The notes below the pieces were generated by a model. It saw nothing but the letters and a program-made list of their open reading frames with translations. It made no database searches and was not told where the DNA came from. Positions 25,300 through 38,755 of a stretch of 64,000 nt of DNA are shown here, piece after piece. The stretch spans positions 55,182,001 through 55,246,000 of the forward strand of contig CM052816.1 of assembly GCA_028534125.1 (NCBI GenBank), read 5' to 3'. Source of the stretch: Lama glama. Its lineage: Eukaryota. Position numbers and translations under genes: made by a program. The first letter of the stretch is position 1, and each line of letters starts with the position of its first letter.

Positions 25300-26575
25300 G
25301 CAGTGAATCTGATGTCTGTCCTTTCCATTCTCAGAACAGTTTTCTCATTGCCACGGCCAATGTCCTTTTCTCAGTAATGACCACCTCCTCTGTCCTAAAA
25401 CCCCTTCTGCTCAGGCCTCCAAGAGACTTCCTGCCTTTCAAACCATTTATTTTATGACTTTTCTCCTCTCACCTCCCCAGCATTCACTAAAAGTCTGTGT
25501 TAGCCTCTCCCCCACCCTCTCCTGCTCTCCCCTCCAACACGCCCTCTTCTCCTGTGGGCTCTGTATCTCTATCCAAAGATGTCCCCAGTGCCCACCTCTA
25601 GGGCTACTTTCCCCATCAAGCTTCAGAACCCACTTCCAAATGCCTTCTTGGACAGTTTCTCCTGAGCAGCCTGGTTGGCATTTCAAACTCACCAGAGTTC
25701 ACTGGGTACCACTTACCTCCCAGGCACTGTGCTATGTGCTAAGGCTAGTCTGTGAATGAGACACTCAGTTCTTGTGCTTGCAATACAAGTAACTAAACTC
25801 ATTTCCCCTCCTATGCATGGGTTCTCCCTGCCCCCGCCCCCAACCAAGCCCAGAACTCCAATTTCTGTTTAAGGCACTGGCACCCAACAGAACACGTGGG
25901 CATGAAGCCTCAGTACCATATGCCATGTTCCTCTCCCCGGCTCCCATGGCTGGTCAGTTGTGAAGGCTCAGGAATTCTCTCGGAAACACCCTCTCTCCCC
26001 TCTAGTCCTTCTGCCATCACCCACTGTCAGACCCTTGACCTCGCTCCTCTCCAATCCAGTTCAAACTCCCAGTCTCCTAAAGGAGGGTGCACACCATGTC
26101 CTTGCTCTGCTAACACATCAACCGCTCCCCACTCCACCAGAATAAACTCCTGTAAACCTCTTCCTGAACAGGTAGGTCCCCACCCACCTTTCCAATTGCT
26201 CCCCTCTGTGTACGTTCCACTTCAACAAAATTGAACCACATTTGATTCACAATACACAATCCAAGATCTCTGTGCTTTTGTTTACTCAGCCTGGTCTCTC
26301 TCTCAGAAACATCCTTTCTCCACCCGTATCTCTGTAAGCACAAATTCTACCCACCATTCAAAGCATGGCTCCAATACCACAGGCTCCTGAAGCCTTTTTA
26401 AAATCCATGCCCCCCGAAACAGAATTCATCTCTCTGTCCTCTGGTTCCCATATCATTCTGATGACAAGTGTCTTGTGCCTTGGGTTTTGTCTGGTTGACC
26501 TTTGTGTTTGCATGATACAGAGTGCAGCCCAGTGTCCTGAGACTCAGTGAGAATTCGATAAATGAATGGATAAGC
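25300..26575 (+). mobile_element. Patchy decayed L2 fragments
   Basis: Pyrimidine-rich L2 body motifs ending in cccagtgtcctgagactcagtgagaattcgataaatgaatgga. Confidence 0.45.
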
Positions 26576-27385
26576 CCCTGCTAGTGTTCTTTCTGTGTGA
26601 GAACTGCTAAATTTTGACAAGTGGCATTAGACAAAGTCATCTCTAATCTATTCACTGGAAACATAAACAGATAATTAAATAAACAGTCAGAGGGCACTGA
26701 GGACCCAACCACCTCATGTATATGTCTGCCTCTACTCTCGTGTGTATGTTCACGGATGAATTGATTCCCACAGCAGGACTTCCTTTTGTCCCCGTTAGCA
26801 GTTTGGCTAACTATTTCAGCTTTCAATCAGTTCTTCTGACACAGTAGTATTTTTAATATTTCTGACTTAACTAGATTTTGCTGAGGAAACTAAGCTACTC
26901 TCAGAAAAGCCATTAAATTTCATGTTGATAGGAGAGGGAAAAAACCTGCAGTCACATTATAATTTTATCACCATGACTCTGGCACTGAAAAACTATTTCC
27001 ACAAAGCAGAGTCACACTGTGCCCTGCACATCTGGGGTCCGTTCTGGGCTGCAGAGCTGTAAATGTGGTTAGGGGCTGTGACGCACCCCCCACTGTGTAG
27101 GAGAAAGTCCAGCTTAAAGAAGCCAACATCCATCTCAGGGGAGAAATAAACAACTGTGCATCCTTCAGCTGTGGATAAGGTATTTACTTTCTGGAAAAAG
27201 CTTTCCCTCAAAAATGGCATATAAAACTCCCTTGTCCATGGATATTACTGTATATTAATGAATAAAGAAGTCAGTTCCATTTACAACACGACTCCCCCTT
27301 CCCATTGTTTGAAATCGTAGCATCATTTATAACCTCTGCTATCACCACTGCTGGGGACTGCTGCTGCTTCTCCGCTGGGGGGCCG

Positions 27386-27541
27386 AAGGCAGGGCTGCTC
27401 AGCGTGGAGTTCACAGCCAGCAGTCAGCATCAGCTGGAGACTGCTAGCACAAAGAATCGCAGACCCCGCTCCATGGGTGCTGCACCAAAAGCTGCCTCCT
27501 CAGGGGACTTGCCTGCACTTTCATGTCTGAGAAGCACTGGT
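27386..27541. mobile_element. MER5A-like MITE
   Basis: cagcatcagctggagactgctag...cgcagaccccgctcc...gtctgagaagcactgg. Confidence 0.6.
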
Positions 27542-27777
27542 CAAGGTCACGGTGTTTCTGAAACTTCCCTTTGAGTAGGCATGGCTTGGAATGCTTCTGA
27601 AACCTATACAGTTTCAGAGAGTCAGCCCCTAGAACTGATTCAGAATATATCTGGGATCAGATATAATTTTGCTTAAATGAGATACTGAGATTGTTATGAT
27701 GTATACAATGCCTGACACACAGAAGGCAGAGAACAAACTTTAAGCCCTCCACCCACTGCTGCCATCACCACTACTAG

Positions 27778-28771
27778 TAGGGTTACTGGATCTAGCAAAT
27801 AAAAACACATAATGATGGCTACTGTTAAAAAGCCTACACATAATAAATGCTGGAGAAGGTGTGGAGAAAAGGGAACCCTCTTACACCATTGGTGAGAATG
27901 TAAATTGGTGCAGCCACCGTGGAGAACACTATGGAGGTTCCTAAAAACACTAAAAATAGAGCTACCCTATGATTCAGCAATTCCAGATGGGAGAAAACTC
28001 TAATATGAAAACATATATGCACCCCAATATTCACAGTAGCACTTGTACAACAGCCAAGACATGGAAGCAACTTAAATGTCCATCAACAGATGACTGGATA
28101 AAGAAGATGTGGCGTGTGTGGGGGTGTGTGTGTGTGTAAATGATGGAATGTTACTCAGCCATACAAAAGAATGAAATAATGCCTTTTGCAGCAACATGGA
28201 AGGACCAGAGATTATCATTCTAAGTGAAGTAAGTCAGACAGAGAAAGACAAATATCATGATATCATTTATATGTGGAATGTAAAAGAATGATATAAATGA
28301 ACTTATTTACAAAACAGAAACAGATTCATAGACATAAAAAAACAAATTTATGGTTAGAAAAGGGGAAGGGGGGATAAATTAGGAATTTGGGATTTGCAGT
28401 TACTAACAACTAGATATAAAACAGATAAACAACAAGGTCCTATTGTTTAACCCAGGGAACTACAGTCAATATCTTGTAATAACCTATAATGATAAAGAAT
28501 ATGAAAAAGAATACTTACGTACAACTGAATTATGTTGTACACCAGAAACAACACTATATTGTAAATTAACTATACTTCAATAAAAAAGAATAAAGTATAA
28601 GAAAACATGAAAAAAATTACTCCCAGTTAAATTTGAATTTCAGATAAACAAATAATTTATAAATATATCTCAAATATTGAATGAGACATACTAATGTTGA
28701 AATATTATTCCTCTGTCATTTATCTCAAATTCAAATTTAATTGGACATCCTGTATTTTATCTGGCAACCCT
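27778..28771. mobile_element. MER53 palindromic hAT MITE split by an L1 (27778-27813 and ~28615-28771)
   Basis: The left arm tagggttactggatctagcaaataaaaacac continues as cccagttaaatttgaatttcagataaac...ttcaaatttaattggacatcctgtattttatctggcaaccct. Confidence 0.8.
27814..28590 (+). mobile_element. 5'-truncated L1 (ORF2 end and 3'UTR) with a (GT)n tract at ~28113-28137
   Basis: aataaatgctggagaaggtgtggagaaaagggaaccctcttacac...taactatacttcaataaaaaa. Confidence 0.9.
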
Positions 28772-29275
28772 CACCATCTCTGACTTTGGAATATCTGGGG
28801 GAAGGAAGTAAGTAGTAGTTAAGACTGGAAAAATAGATTAGGTCCAAATTGTGGAGGGCTTGAATGCCATTCTAAGGAGTTTAAATCAGTCTATACTTAA
28901 CATTTTTGAGCAAGGACATGATGCGACCAGAGCCCTCCTCCTCTTACTCCCAGGAATGACCAGAAGAGCAATGGCAATACAGAGGCTGCAGGGACAGGGA
29001 TCTCCATCCCAAAGACCCTTGAGGAAGGGAGACCAGAGGATCGTAGTCATGGCCAGTGATTATGTCACAAGGAATAAAAAAGTTAAAATTTCAAAATCTT
29101 ATATTTTGTATTAATACTTCACTCTTAAATTATTTATTTATGTCCTAAACCATAAAAATCATTTAAACCATCTATTTGACTTTTTAAAGGAATAGCTGGT
29201 GCACAAGAGAGCTTCCTGCACTTGGAGAAAAAAGATACCTAGTAACACACCAAAAGCCAAACTTCCAATGTCCTT

Positions 29276-29731
29276 TGTGAATGAAAAAACGTTACAGCTG
29301 CTACTGCTGTCCGGATGGTGAGCCTGAGGGAATTTAGGATGGAAGCAAACACAGTGCTGGCTATCAAGCCCTCAGCATTTCCCCCAACAGTGTCCCTGAG
29401 GGGACTCGGAATTGGAAAGAACAGGACACTGGCCCTAGACAGCTAAGGTGCATATTAAAGGAAAGATTTCAATGAGCCCAGACTTTTGCACCTTCCTTAA
29501 TTTTCATTAACTTGAGATGTCTTTTTTCTTTAACAGTAATCTTCTGATGTTCTGACTACCTGGTCTTTGTTGCAAAACTCCTATGTCTCCTGGCTCCTCC
29601 CTTACCTCTTTGGAGCCGTCCCTCAGAGCTATGGGAGAGACTGCCTCCCAGGCTTCAAGTCCTCAGCAAGTCCGGCAAATAAAACATAACTCTCAACTAT
29701 AAGGTGGTGCAAATTTTTTCTTCAGTCAACA
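29276..29731 (+). mobile_element. ERV1-type solo LTR
   Basis: tgtgaatgaaaaaa...tcttcagtcaaca termini, with AATAAA at ~29678 followed by cataactctcaac. Confidence 0.7.
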
Positions 29732-30071
29732 CGTGTATCAGAACTTAATTTTCTTCTTTTTAAAATTTCTTTTTTGATTTATTTTTTACTTGGCTTTTCT
29801 TGTTTTGTTTCCTATTGTCCAATTTCTTTGTCATCCTTCCTTCCAATTTTTGACATCACCAACCACCACAGGCTTGCCATTCCCTCTTTAACTCAACAAG
29901 GGAGAGAGGCTGACCCCGCCTCGAGGTGGAGTCTTCCTTACACACTAGCTCAGTGACTGTCAGGAAGCATCGGGCTGGAGAGTGCAGCCTCGCTTATCAC
30001 AGAGTGGACTATACTGTGTTCCCTTGTTCCACCTGAATCCCTAGAGGAAGACTTCTCTGTGCGTGTAGAAG

Positions 30072-30521
30072 CCAGACCGGAGGGAAGGGGGCAGAGCACG
30101 ACCAGTGAAGGACTGACACAGCAGTTGAGGACGGGACAGACTGGTTACAACCAAGATGGCAGAAGATTTGACTTCCAGTAGACCTTGAGCCTCATGCTCA
30201 CCCACAGGCATCATGGTAGGTCCCAGGCTGACCTTAAAAGGCCAAAGGCAGGCAGTGCCCAGTTCCTGGAAATCCCTGCCCATTCCCCAAAATAGTTGGA
30301 ATAATCCTCCTAGTTAGCATATGAAATTACCAAGCCCATAAAAACGAACAACCCCGCACCTTATGGAGTCTTTCTTTCTCTTTCTCTCTCCCTCTCCCTC
30401 GGAGATGGCCTGCACCTGTCTATGAGTGTGTATCTCCCTGAATAGACTTACTTTCACTCCACTATGAATTCCACTCTTGAATTCCTTCGTGTGTCAGACA
30501 AGAACCTATTCTCCAGCAACA
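30072..30521 (+). mobile_element. MER41-like ERV1 solo LTR
   Basis: GAAG TSD on both sides. MER41-type blocks (caagatggc, aataatcc..ttagcatat...cccataaaaa, ctttcact...tcttgaattcc...caagaacc). Ends in gcaaca. Confidence 0.8.
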
Positions 30522-31487
30522 GAAGTATCTTTGCTACACCAACCTGAATGAACCTACATAAGCCAATGATGACAACATAATAGGTCCCTGAGTGTTGGGA
30601 GGGAAGTTGAAATTGAAGGCCACAAAGGTAAACTGGATTCTCAAATCTGGAGGCAAAAATATCCTCCCCAAATATGCCCCACCTCTTGCTCTCTCCCGCC
30701 TGACAACGGTACCACATCTCTCAGGAGAAGAGGAGAGGCCTCTTGGGTAGTCACTGAGCACGGTGAAAGGACCCTGTGCTAAAATCTTGACTGGGAACTG
30801 AAACTTGACCTCTCCCCATCGGTTCTCTCCTCTCTCTGATGGGCGTGTTATGTTCGTATTAACTGTGCTATCGCGTCACATGACTCCCGCCTCTGCAGAA
30901 AAGGAGGGGTTTCCTTCTCATTTGGTTCCTGTAAATCCCTCCCAAGGGCCAAGATATTATTGATAATGATTTTACTTAAAATAATTTCTTCTCGTCTCTT
31001 TGGACGTTAAATACCCAAATGTAAATACCAAAAGCCATCAGGAATAGCATTTATTTTGTGTATTGACCTTTGGTTTTCAAACACTACCAAAATAGTCCCC
31101 AAATGTACGTTTCTCTGAAATACAACAATAAATATTCGTCTCTTAGAAGAAAGCTATCTCCAGCACTTACCTGAAAGTGCCTTGCTAACATCTGCACTAA
31201 GCAGAGCAACGTTCAGCTTTCACATCTTGTCCTCTCGATTTCACCAAGCGCCCACTGAATGTTAAGCAGCACCTTTAACTTCTCTGCGAGCTGGATCTTA
31301 TACCAGGTACCTGAATAGAACTCCTCTCCCAGGCACTAACTGAGGGTGGTGTGGGAAGCAATGTGGATCCAAGCAATCTTCCCTGCAAAAGTGCCCATGG
31401 TGAGGTTCAGTCCTGCTCTCCGTGAGCGCTTCCCTGGGTGTCTGGAGAAAAGCCAGTCTCCTTCCCTTCCCTCCCTTTCTGTGATGT

Positions 31488-32097
31488 TGAGACAGGATGG
31501 AAGGGGGCAGGGCACAGCCATTCAAGAAATGTTACAGCAATTAACATCAAAATGGTGAAAGATTCAACCCCCAGTCGGCCTTGAGGCTCAAGATGATGAG
31601 AGATTTAACTTCTAGTAGATCTTGAGCTTCATTATACACTCATTGTAATATATTAACACGGCCACAGGCACCATGGCAGTCCCAAGGCTAACTACAAAAG
31701 GTCAGAGTGGGAAACGGCCAGCTTCCTGGGAATCCCAGCCCCTTCCCCAGGCTACTTAGACTGGTCCTTCCACTTATTAGCATATGTAGCCCATAAAAAC
31801 TAGCAACATGGTGCCTCGTGGCCGCCTCTCTCTCTCCATTCGGAGGCGGCCCCACATTCCGTCTATGGAGTGTGTACCTACTTTTAATCTGAGCACCCAA
31901 CCCTCACATCTCGTGGCCTTTCTCTTGCCTTTCAATGTATCTCTCTGAATAAATCTACCTTTACTCAACTGTGGCTCGCTCTTGAATTCTTTCCTGTGTG
32001 AAGCCAAGGACCCACACTTGGCGGGGCACGTCCCAGGGGCTCAACTGAAGCCTGGGACACAGCCCTTCTCACGCCCCACATCTGTTTTCCTGCATCA
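31488..32097 (+). mobile_element. MER41-like ERV1 solo LTR, full length
   Basis: TG...CA termini with a perfect ATGT TSD (31484-31487 and 32098-32101). AATAAA at ~31948. Homologous to 30072-30521. Confidence 0.9.
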
Positions 32098-32187
32098 ATG
32101 TGGCTAGGAGGGTGTGATGTACAGATGGGCGCTGACCATTCCACCAAGCCCCAGCCTGGCCACAGTGCAGGTGGTGGGGTCTTTTTT

Positions 32188-32464
32188 AAAAATTGTGATT
32201 ATTATTCCAATTTTTTAAAAACTGAGGTACAATGTTGTGTTAGTTTCATATTCTTTTTCATTATAGACTATTACAAGGTATAAATCCAGTTCCCTGTGCT
32301 ATACAGTTGGATCTTATTGTTTATCTATTTTATATACAATAGTATCTGCAAATCCCAAACTCTTAATTTATTTGCCCCACCCCTGGTAACCGTAAGTTTG
32401 GTTTTTATGTCTGTGAGTCTGTCTTTGTTTTGTAAATAAGATCACTCGGTTGTTTTTCAGATTC
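32188..32464 (-). mobile_element. L1 3' end fragment
   Basis: agttccctgtgctatacag...tgtctgtgagtctg, with flanks ggtggggtctttt and ggtgggatctttt. Confidence 0.8.
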
Positions 32465-35400
32465 AGGGTGGGATCTTTTGTGTGGGTGAGAACTCCTTCA
32501 TCAGTAACTATCAGTCTGTTGTCCTAAAGCAGAGCCTTCTCTCTCCCTTTTTAAATGGTAATTATATTGATGTCAGTTACTGAGGACAACAGTGCAAAGT
32601 TTCTAGAGAAGGCAGCTTACTCAGAACGCAAGACTGAGACAGGCAGATGAGGTGGGAAGAGCATGAAGCCCACCACCCAAGGGCACCCATCCTGCCCTCC
32701 ACCCAGAGACTCTCCTTCAGGGGCTGAAGGACAGCACTGCTTTGATATGCCTGCTCCTCTGATCTTAGATTTGGCTCCAATTCTTGCCTTTGAGATGCCA
32801 GACACACAGGTTAGTGTTGGAAGGAAAACCCACGTCTGATCAAGATCAGATCTGGAAATCCACCCCCCGCCCCCAACATGTCCTGGGGCTCTGGGCCTCG
32901 CATCATCCAAATTCTCCAACTGGAGTCTCTGGAGCAGCAGCCTGCCTCCAAAGGACGCAAAGAGGAGGCTATGCTCTCACACTCATCTCTAGACAAAGGG
33001 CAGAGCGGTGCCTCTGCAGAAGCCAAGCAACCGCCAGTCCTGCTGAGCCAGACACCAGCCCCAGGTGGAAGGGACTTGATCACACTGATGACGGGGTTTC
33101 CATCCCATTCCTGGGAAAGAAACTTCCTGGTGTCAGATTCTGGAATGAGTAAAATAAGAGCCTTAAGACAATGAAACCAATGATTGATGGAAGTTGTAAA
33201 TATCATTTCCTGTTCTCCCATCACCACCGAAAAAAACCTCATCAAACCTCATGTGCTCCCTGGTTAGGAATGGGATTGAAGAACCCTGACTGAAGCATTT
33301 TTCAAAGGCTCAGAGTCCCTTTTAGGTCTAGTCTCCCCAGTTTTATTGCTCTGAGTCATTAAAAGGCAGTCCCTCATTTCTCAACATTTCCTGAATATTT
33401 TAAGCTAGTCTGACACATGATGTGCTAACGTGAACCTCATACTAATCTCACTGTACTTCAAATCCATCAACTGTAACTGCTCTGAATGTTGAGAGTTGTA
33501 GTGGCACTTTAGTTACACTTTACCCTTTTATCTTTTTTCCTCTTTTGAATATTCTGAATCTGCCCTAAATTCTTGGAAGAGTAAGATCATGGTTTCTTAT
33601 CTCCCGTCTCCTTTTGAATCCCCTCGGGTTCCTCACTATCTGATGTAGATTCCCAATTCCAGGTACAAAAGGCACCTCTATGTGACTGGGAGAAGGCTCA
33701 TCTGGGTGGATGAAGGACAAAAAGGAACCACTTTGGAAGAGAAGAATTAGCAAGTCTCCCCTTCCTCTACGCTGGTGGAGGCTGCCCCCAGCCAGGGTGA
33801 ATGGCTTGATGAGTAGGAGGGCTGGATCCCAGGCCCTTCACCACCAGCCAGGTGCTTTGTGCAGGTCCCAACCTGCACAACTGTACATGGCAGCCCCACA
33901 ATGTAAGTTGGCTATGGAAAGTACTTTCGTTAGGGTTTTTAGCAGTTTCTCAGCTGTCAGCTTCTCTTGTTTTCAGGCTGTCTTGAGAGTGAAAAAATAA
34001 ATTTAATGGCAGAAAATAAGCATATTCCAATATTTAAAACTATTTGCTCATTCTTAATATGCACAGGAAGACTGAGGTTTTTTCACGGTGGTAAAATACA
34101 CGTAAAATTTATCAACTTAACCATTTTTAACAGAGAGATGTGAAAATAACTTAAAGATCATTATGTTTTATTTTTAAGCAAATTCCTTACATTTAAAATT
34201 TTTAATTGGAAGAAGTCATTGTTTCCCTCATCATTTTGTATTTGATTAGAGACCTCAGTTCTGAAACTGAAGGTAAGAACTATACCCAAGGACCTCTTTT
34301 ACTATTCCTCTCACAGTCTTAAAGGCTGGTAAGAAATTTCAAAGTTTATGGTAAGAATGTCAGTTTGCAAATACGTGAGTTGGGAATACTTATATCAGCA
34401 ATTTATCAGACTAATCCTTCAACAGGAATGTAATCAAACAGTTTCCTACGCTCTGAAGTGTTCTGTAGGAAACTTAGGTCCTATAAAAGCTCTTTTTATG
34501 TGAGAATATTGAGACGTTAGATTTACCATGAAAAGGGGCAACTGTGTCTTGATGTTTGGAATTAAAATCTGTAAGTCTGTATAATTTGTATTTGGCTTGA
34601 TCCAGTTACTGGGTGATTAACAATTCAGATTGCCTTATTTAAACTAAAGCCCACAATTAACAAATTCCCTAAGCCAAGTTCTCCAGGGACTTCAGGGTGA
34701 GTCCCAGGCTAAACAGGGATGTGTAAATTCAATACTTCCAGTGGATCAGAATCCTCATCCAGGAGCAATTTAGTATGTAGGGATATAGGGATTCAGGATG
34801 CAAGAATCAGCCTTCAGGTTCAAAGCTATATTGTGGGAAATCCGTCAGGGACCATCTGAGTGACAGAAGGGCACTTCCTGTCACACTTTCACAGTCCCAG
34901 AATGCTATTTATTGGCAAGTTTCAGGAAAGGAACTTGGAACTTCTGTTCACTCCTGTTCTATAAAAATGGATCACAGACTCTTTGGATGGAGGGATCTTT
35001 TCAGGCTACTTGGTCCAACTCCATTCCGGTGTCAGAAACCTCTCCTCTCTCAGGAGGATGTGAAAGACCTGAGCAAATAAGATCCAGGAATATAACGGCA
35101 ATGAGTTATTGAGTCTTCTTTTCCAATTTGGCAATAATGAATCCAAATAAGATTTTGCTAGTGTTGGTAGACAGGATGTTCTCTAGGAGCCAGTAAGTTT
35201 TTAATTCCAATTAGGATCACTATGACAGCGAGAGGCTAAACAGAGCCAGAGGGAGCGCCCACAACAGAGATCGAACCTCCCTCCAAGATGCAGAGGCAGA
35301 CGGAGAGGACAAAGGGATTGGGCAGCCTACGAGCTGCTGATCCTGAAACCTGCAGCATACACTGTTAGGGTACAAAGCTTTGGATCTTAAAATTTAGAGC

Positions 35401-37000
35401 ACACCCAGATGCCAAATGATCAAAATCTTGGAATAAAGCTAAAAGAGGAAAAACTCTGCATCACTCTTTGTTATCAGCTTGGATATGCTGGTCTACCTGG
35501 TGGTACTGGGCAGGGGGGCTGCACACCCTGAAAAGACTGGCTCCACACACAGGAAGCCAGTCACTGAACTCTGCTTGCAGTCTAGTGGCAAACAGCATCA
35601 ATGGGACTAAAAAAAGGGGATCTTGGAAAACTGAAGCTGTCTTCCCCCCCCCAAAAAAAACACAGACATCTAGATAGAAAGCAGCTAGAAATTCCAGTAG
35701 AATATTTCTTCTTCTGTTAATACCTAAAGGAAGAGGAGAGCATTTAGAGGGATGGAGAAAGAGAAATTAGGTATGAATTCAAGTCATATACATCCAAGTG
35801 GCCTTCAAGGAGAAACTACCCCTTCTATAAGTGGCAAAGAAAATTAAGAGAAAGAGAGAGAATGAAAGAGAATGGGAATTCTGTGCATTCCAAGGAATTC
35901 CACTCCATCCAGGTAAACACTATAGAAGACAGGTTAAAAGACATGCTTAAGGTTACTAGAGATTGTCTTCTGTTCTATTTCCTATTGTGTCTCTAGAGTT
36001 TAAAACAGTGCTTGTCACATGGTAGGTGCACCATAGATTTTTGTTGAATGAACATGATAGTTGTCAGTGGAAGATACAGGAATGGCAAATAGTCTGACTT
36101 GAGATGATTAACAGCAAAGTATTGAGTAAAATAAAAATCATTGCTCCATTTCTAGCCAAAACTATACCCTAAACTCACAAAAATCTGTATTTATTCTAAA
36201 ATTATTCAGAATTATTTTTAGAGCTTTAAAGAGGATCTAGAAATGAAAAAAAGTCAAGTAATATTCCATTCCTACATACAAATATATTCTTCTTAATGCT
36301 TTAATGTTCTTGGTCTATCCATGTTTTTGTCCAACATGCCAGTCAAATCTAGCCAATACTGTAGATGGAGAACTAGTATGTACTGAAGATGGGCAATTTC
36401 TCTGCAAAACCCAGAAGTTGACCCTAGCAGCCCTTTCAAGGTGATAGCTACCTCCTCCCAGTCCTGGTATGGACCTTGGTCCTACATGTTCACAAACTGG
36501 ACATGTCAGCACACCAAGGACAGAGCCATCTCTCAGAAGTAGCCTCCCAGTAGTCAACCTCACCATAGATTGGTGGAAAAAGCCTGATTAATTAAAATAG
36601 AAAACAGAACTGCCAAGAAGACTGGCATCCTTTGGGAAGCACATTCCTGATGGGCAAATTCTACAGAGCTGAATTTGAAATCTTCATGTTGCTTTAGAGC
36701 ATGGAGTTAGAACAAGAGGTCTTAGCTGTAGGATTCATGTCTTCACAAACTCCAGGGCAAGACTGCCTAATACAGCCTTCACTGCAGTAGAAATAGATGT
36801 GGCCCTCAAACCAGATAGGTTAATCCTCAGGTCAGGGCACCCCAACCCTGAGCAGCATTTAGAAGAGCGCTGGCAACATCCGCATCTACTACTTCCCCTT
36901 CTGTGTTCCTCCAATACTGATGAATTCTCATTCAAATAACACATTCCTACTTTACATATGTCTTCACTGGGGTCTCAAAGTGTAAATGATTTCAGAGATA

Positions 37001-37122
37001 TCATTCATTCATTCAACAAATATTTGTTGAGATCCTACTATGTATCAGGCACTGATCCGGGCAGAGGGATACAGCAGTGAACAACGTTGACAAAAACCCC
37101 TGATCCCAAAGGGCTTACATTC
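37001..37122 (-). mobile_element. L2 3' terminus
   Basis: tcattcattcattcaacaaatatttgttgag..cctactatgtatcaggcactg. Confidence 0.8.
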
Positions 37123-38299
37123 CTTCTCTTTATTTTAACTTCTGCCATTCCGCCTCTTTAAGAGGGGGACATTATCACCTGGTGTACCTTGCTAGGTATT
37201 TAGCTCACAGCTGGCGCTCAACTAATGCTTACTTAATGAAATGGTCTTGCTAGCTCCATTTTTCTTAACTCGATTCACTTTTTATCCTATAGTAATCTGG
37301 CTTTGTCCCAACTACACCACTAAAACTCCTGTCCTGAAAATCACCCAGGCATGTGGAAATTGATAAAAGATAGAAGAAACACATAGTGGATGTTTAGTTA
37401 TCATTTAGTTCTGGTTTGGTTATCAGGCATATTTTGGTTTAGACTATATTATTCTCCATCTATTCTGTCCACGTCAACACTTGGCCATGATAATGTTTTA
37501 GTTCGTAAAAACTACTAAGCTTTGTAACCCCCAGCAAGAAAGCAGTTGGACCAATAACGGTTGGGCTCTGGATCTATCTGGTGGGTCTTACGAGCAGACA
37601 GGGCCCTGAGAGAGAAGCCAGCCTCTCTGAAGGGAGGAGGGGTCAGTGAGGTGCTTGCTGTGCTCTGATGGCCGAGAGCTGGGCTGGGGCTGGGGCTGAG
37701 CTTTAGGCTGAAATGGACCCGTATCTTTCCTGTCTAGGGTTTTCTTAGAACCCCACCTGTCCCCTTCTATAACCCTTGGACAGGACCTAAGCTGTGCTGG
37801 GAAAGGCTCACTCACACAGCATCCTCTGTAAGGCACAGCACTGCGGGGTCGGGGCGGGGGGGGGGGGTGCTTTACACCTGTGCTCCCCTGTGACGGGGGC
37901 TGGGAATCTGGAGGACATGTTGTCACTTCACTCAACACACAGACTCCTCCTGTAAAAGGAACTTCCTGGCCTTGCACATTTGTTTTGAGAACCAGTAGCA
38001 GCAGGTGAAAACTTTTTATAATGCTAGACCGGAGAGGCCCATTTCAACCTTTACTACAAGACCCTGCAGCACCTAAGAGTTACACACCCCATCCCTCTTG
38101 CATCAACTTCCAGATCCCCCCTTTCCGGGATGCTTCTCCTTCTCAATCTCCTTAATGACATCTTCCTCACCGTCACTCCCATAAATAGTATCAGGCAGGA
38201 ATCCACCCTCTCCCTGGTTAAGGTCCTTGGCAGTTTCATCTTATACGAGATGAAAACGCTCAGCACTTCAGCCCAAATCGGCAGCAGCCCACTGGGTTC

Positions 38300-38755
38300 T
38301 CCTTTTAGGACACCCCCCAAATCTCAAAGTGATAAGTCTAAAACTACACCCTTCCTCTTTCTCCCCTGTCCTAAAACCTGTACTCTGCGTTACCTGACTA
38401 GATGAACTGCCTTCCTTTCATCAACTGCCCTCTTCCCGCTGCTTCCAAACTAATCAACAACAAAATCCCTGCTGACTCTACTCCAGGAACAAGCACCTTC
38501 CTTCTACTGCCTTAGTGAGTCCTTATCCCTTATGTGGTCAACCAGCCTGAAGTCTCTTTATCTACACTTCCCTTCTGGCTATTGATACTTGCTTCCTTGT
38601 CCCGGAAGCATGCAGACATCTGTCATTTCTCCATACTAGACTACAACTTCCTTGGATATACAGACCTTGTCCTTTTTTTTTTGGTCCTATTATCCCCTTG
38701 GTAACACTGTGCTTTGCACATAATAAATGCTCAATTAATGGACTTTGTCGATTGA
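38300..38755 (+). mobile_element. L2 fragment including the 3' end
   Basis: actagactacaacttccttg...acactgtgctttgcacataataaatgctcaattaatg. Confidence 0.6.
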
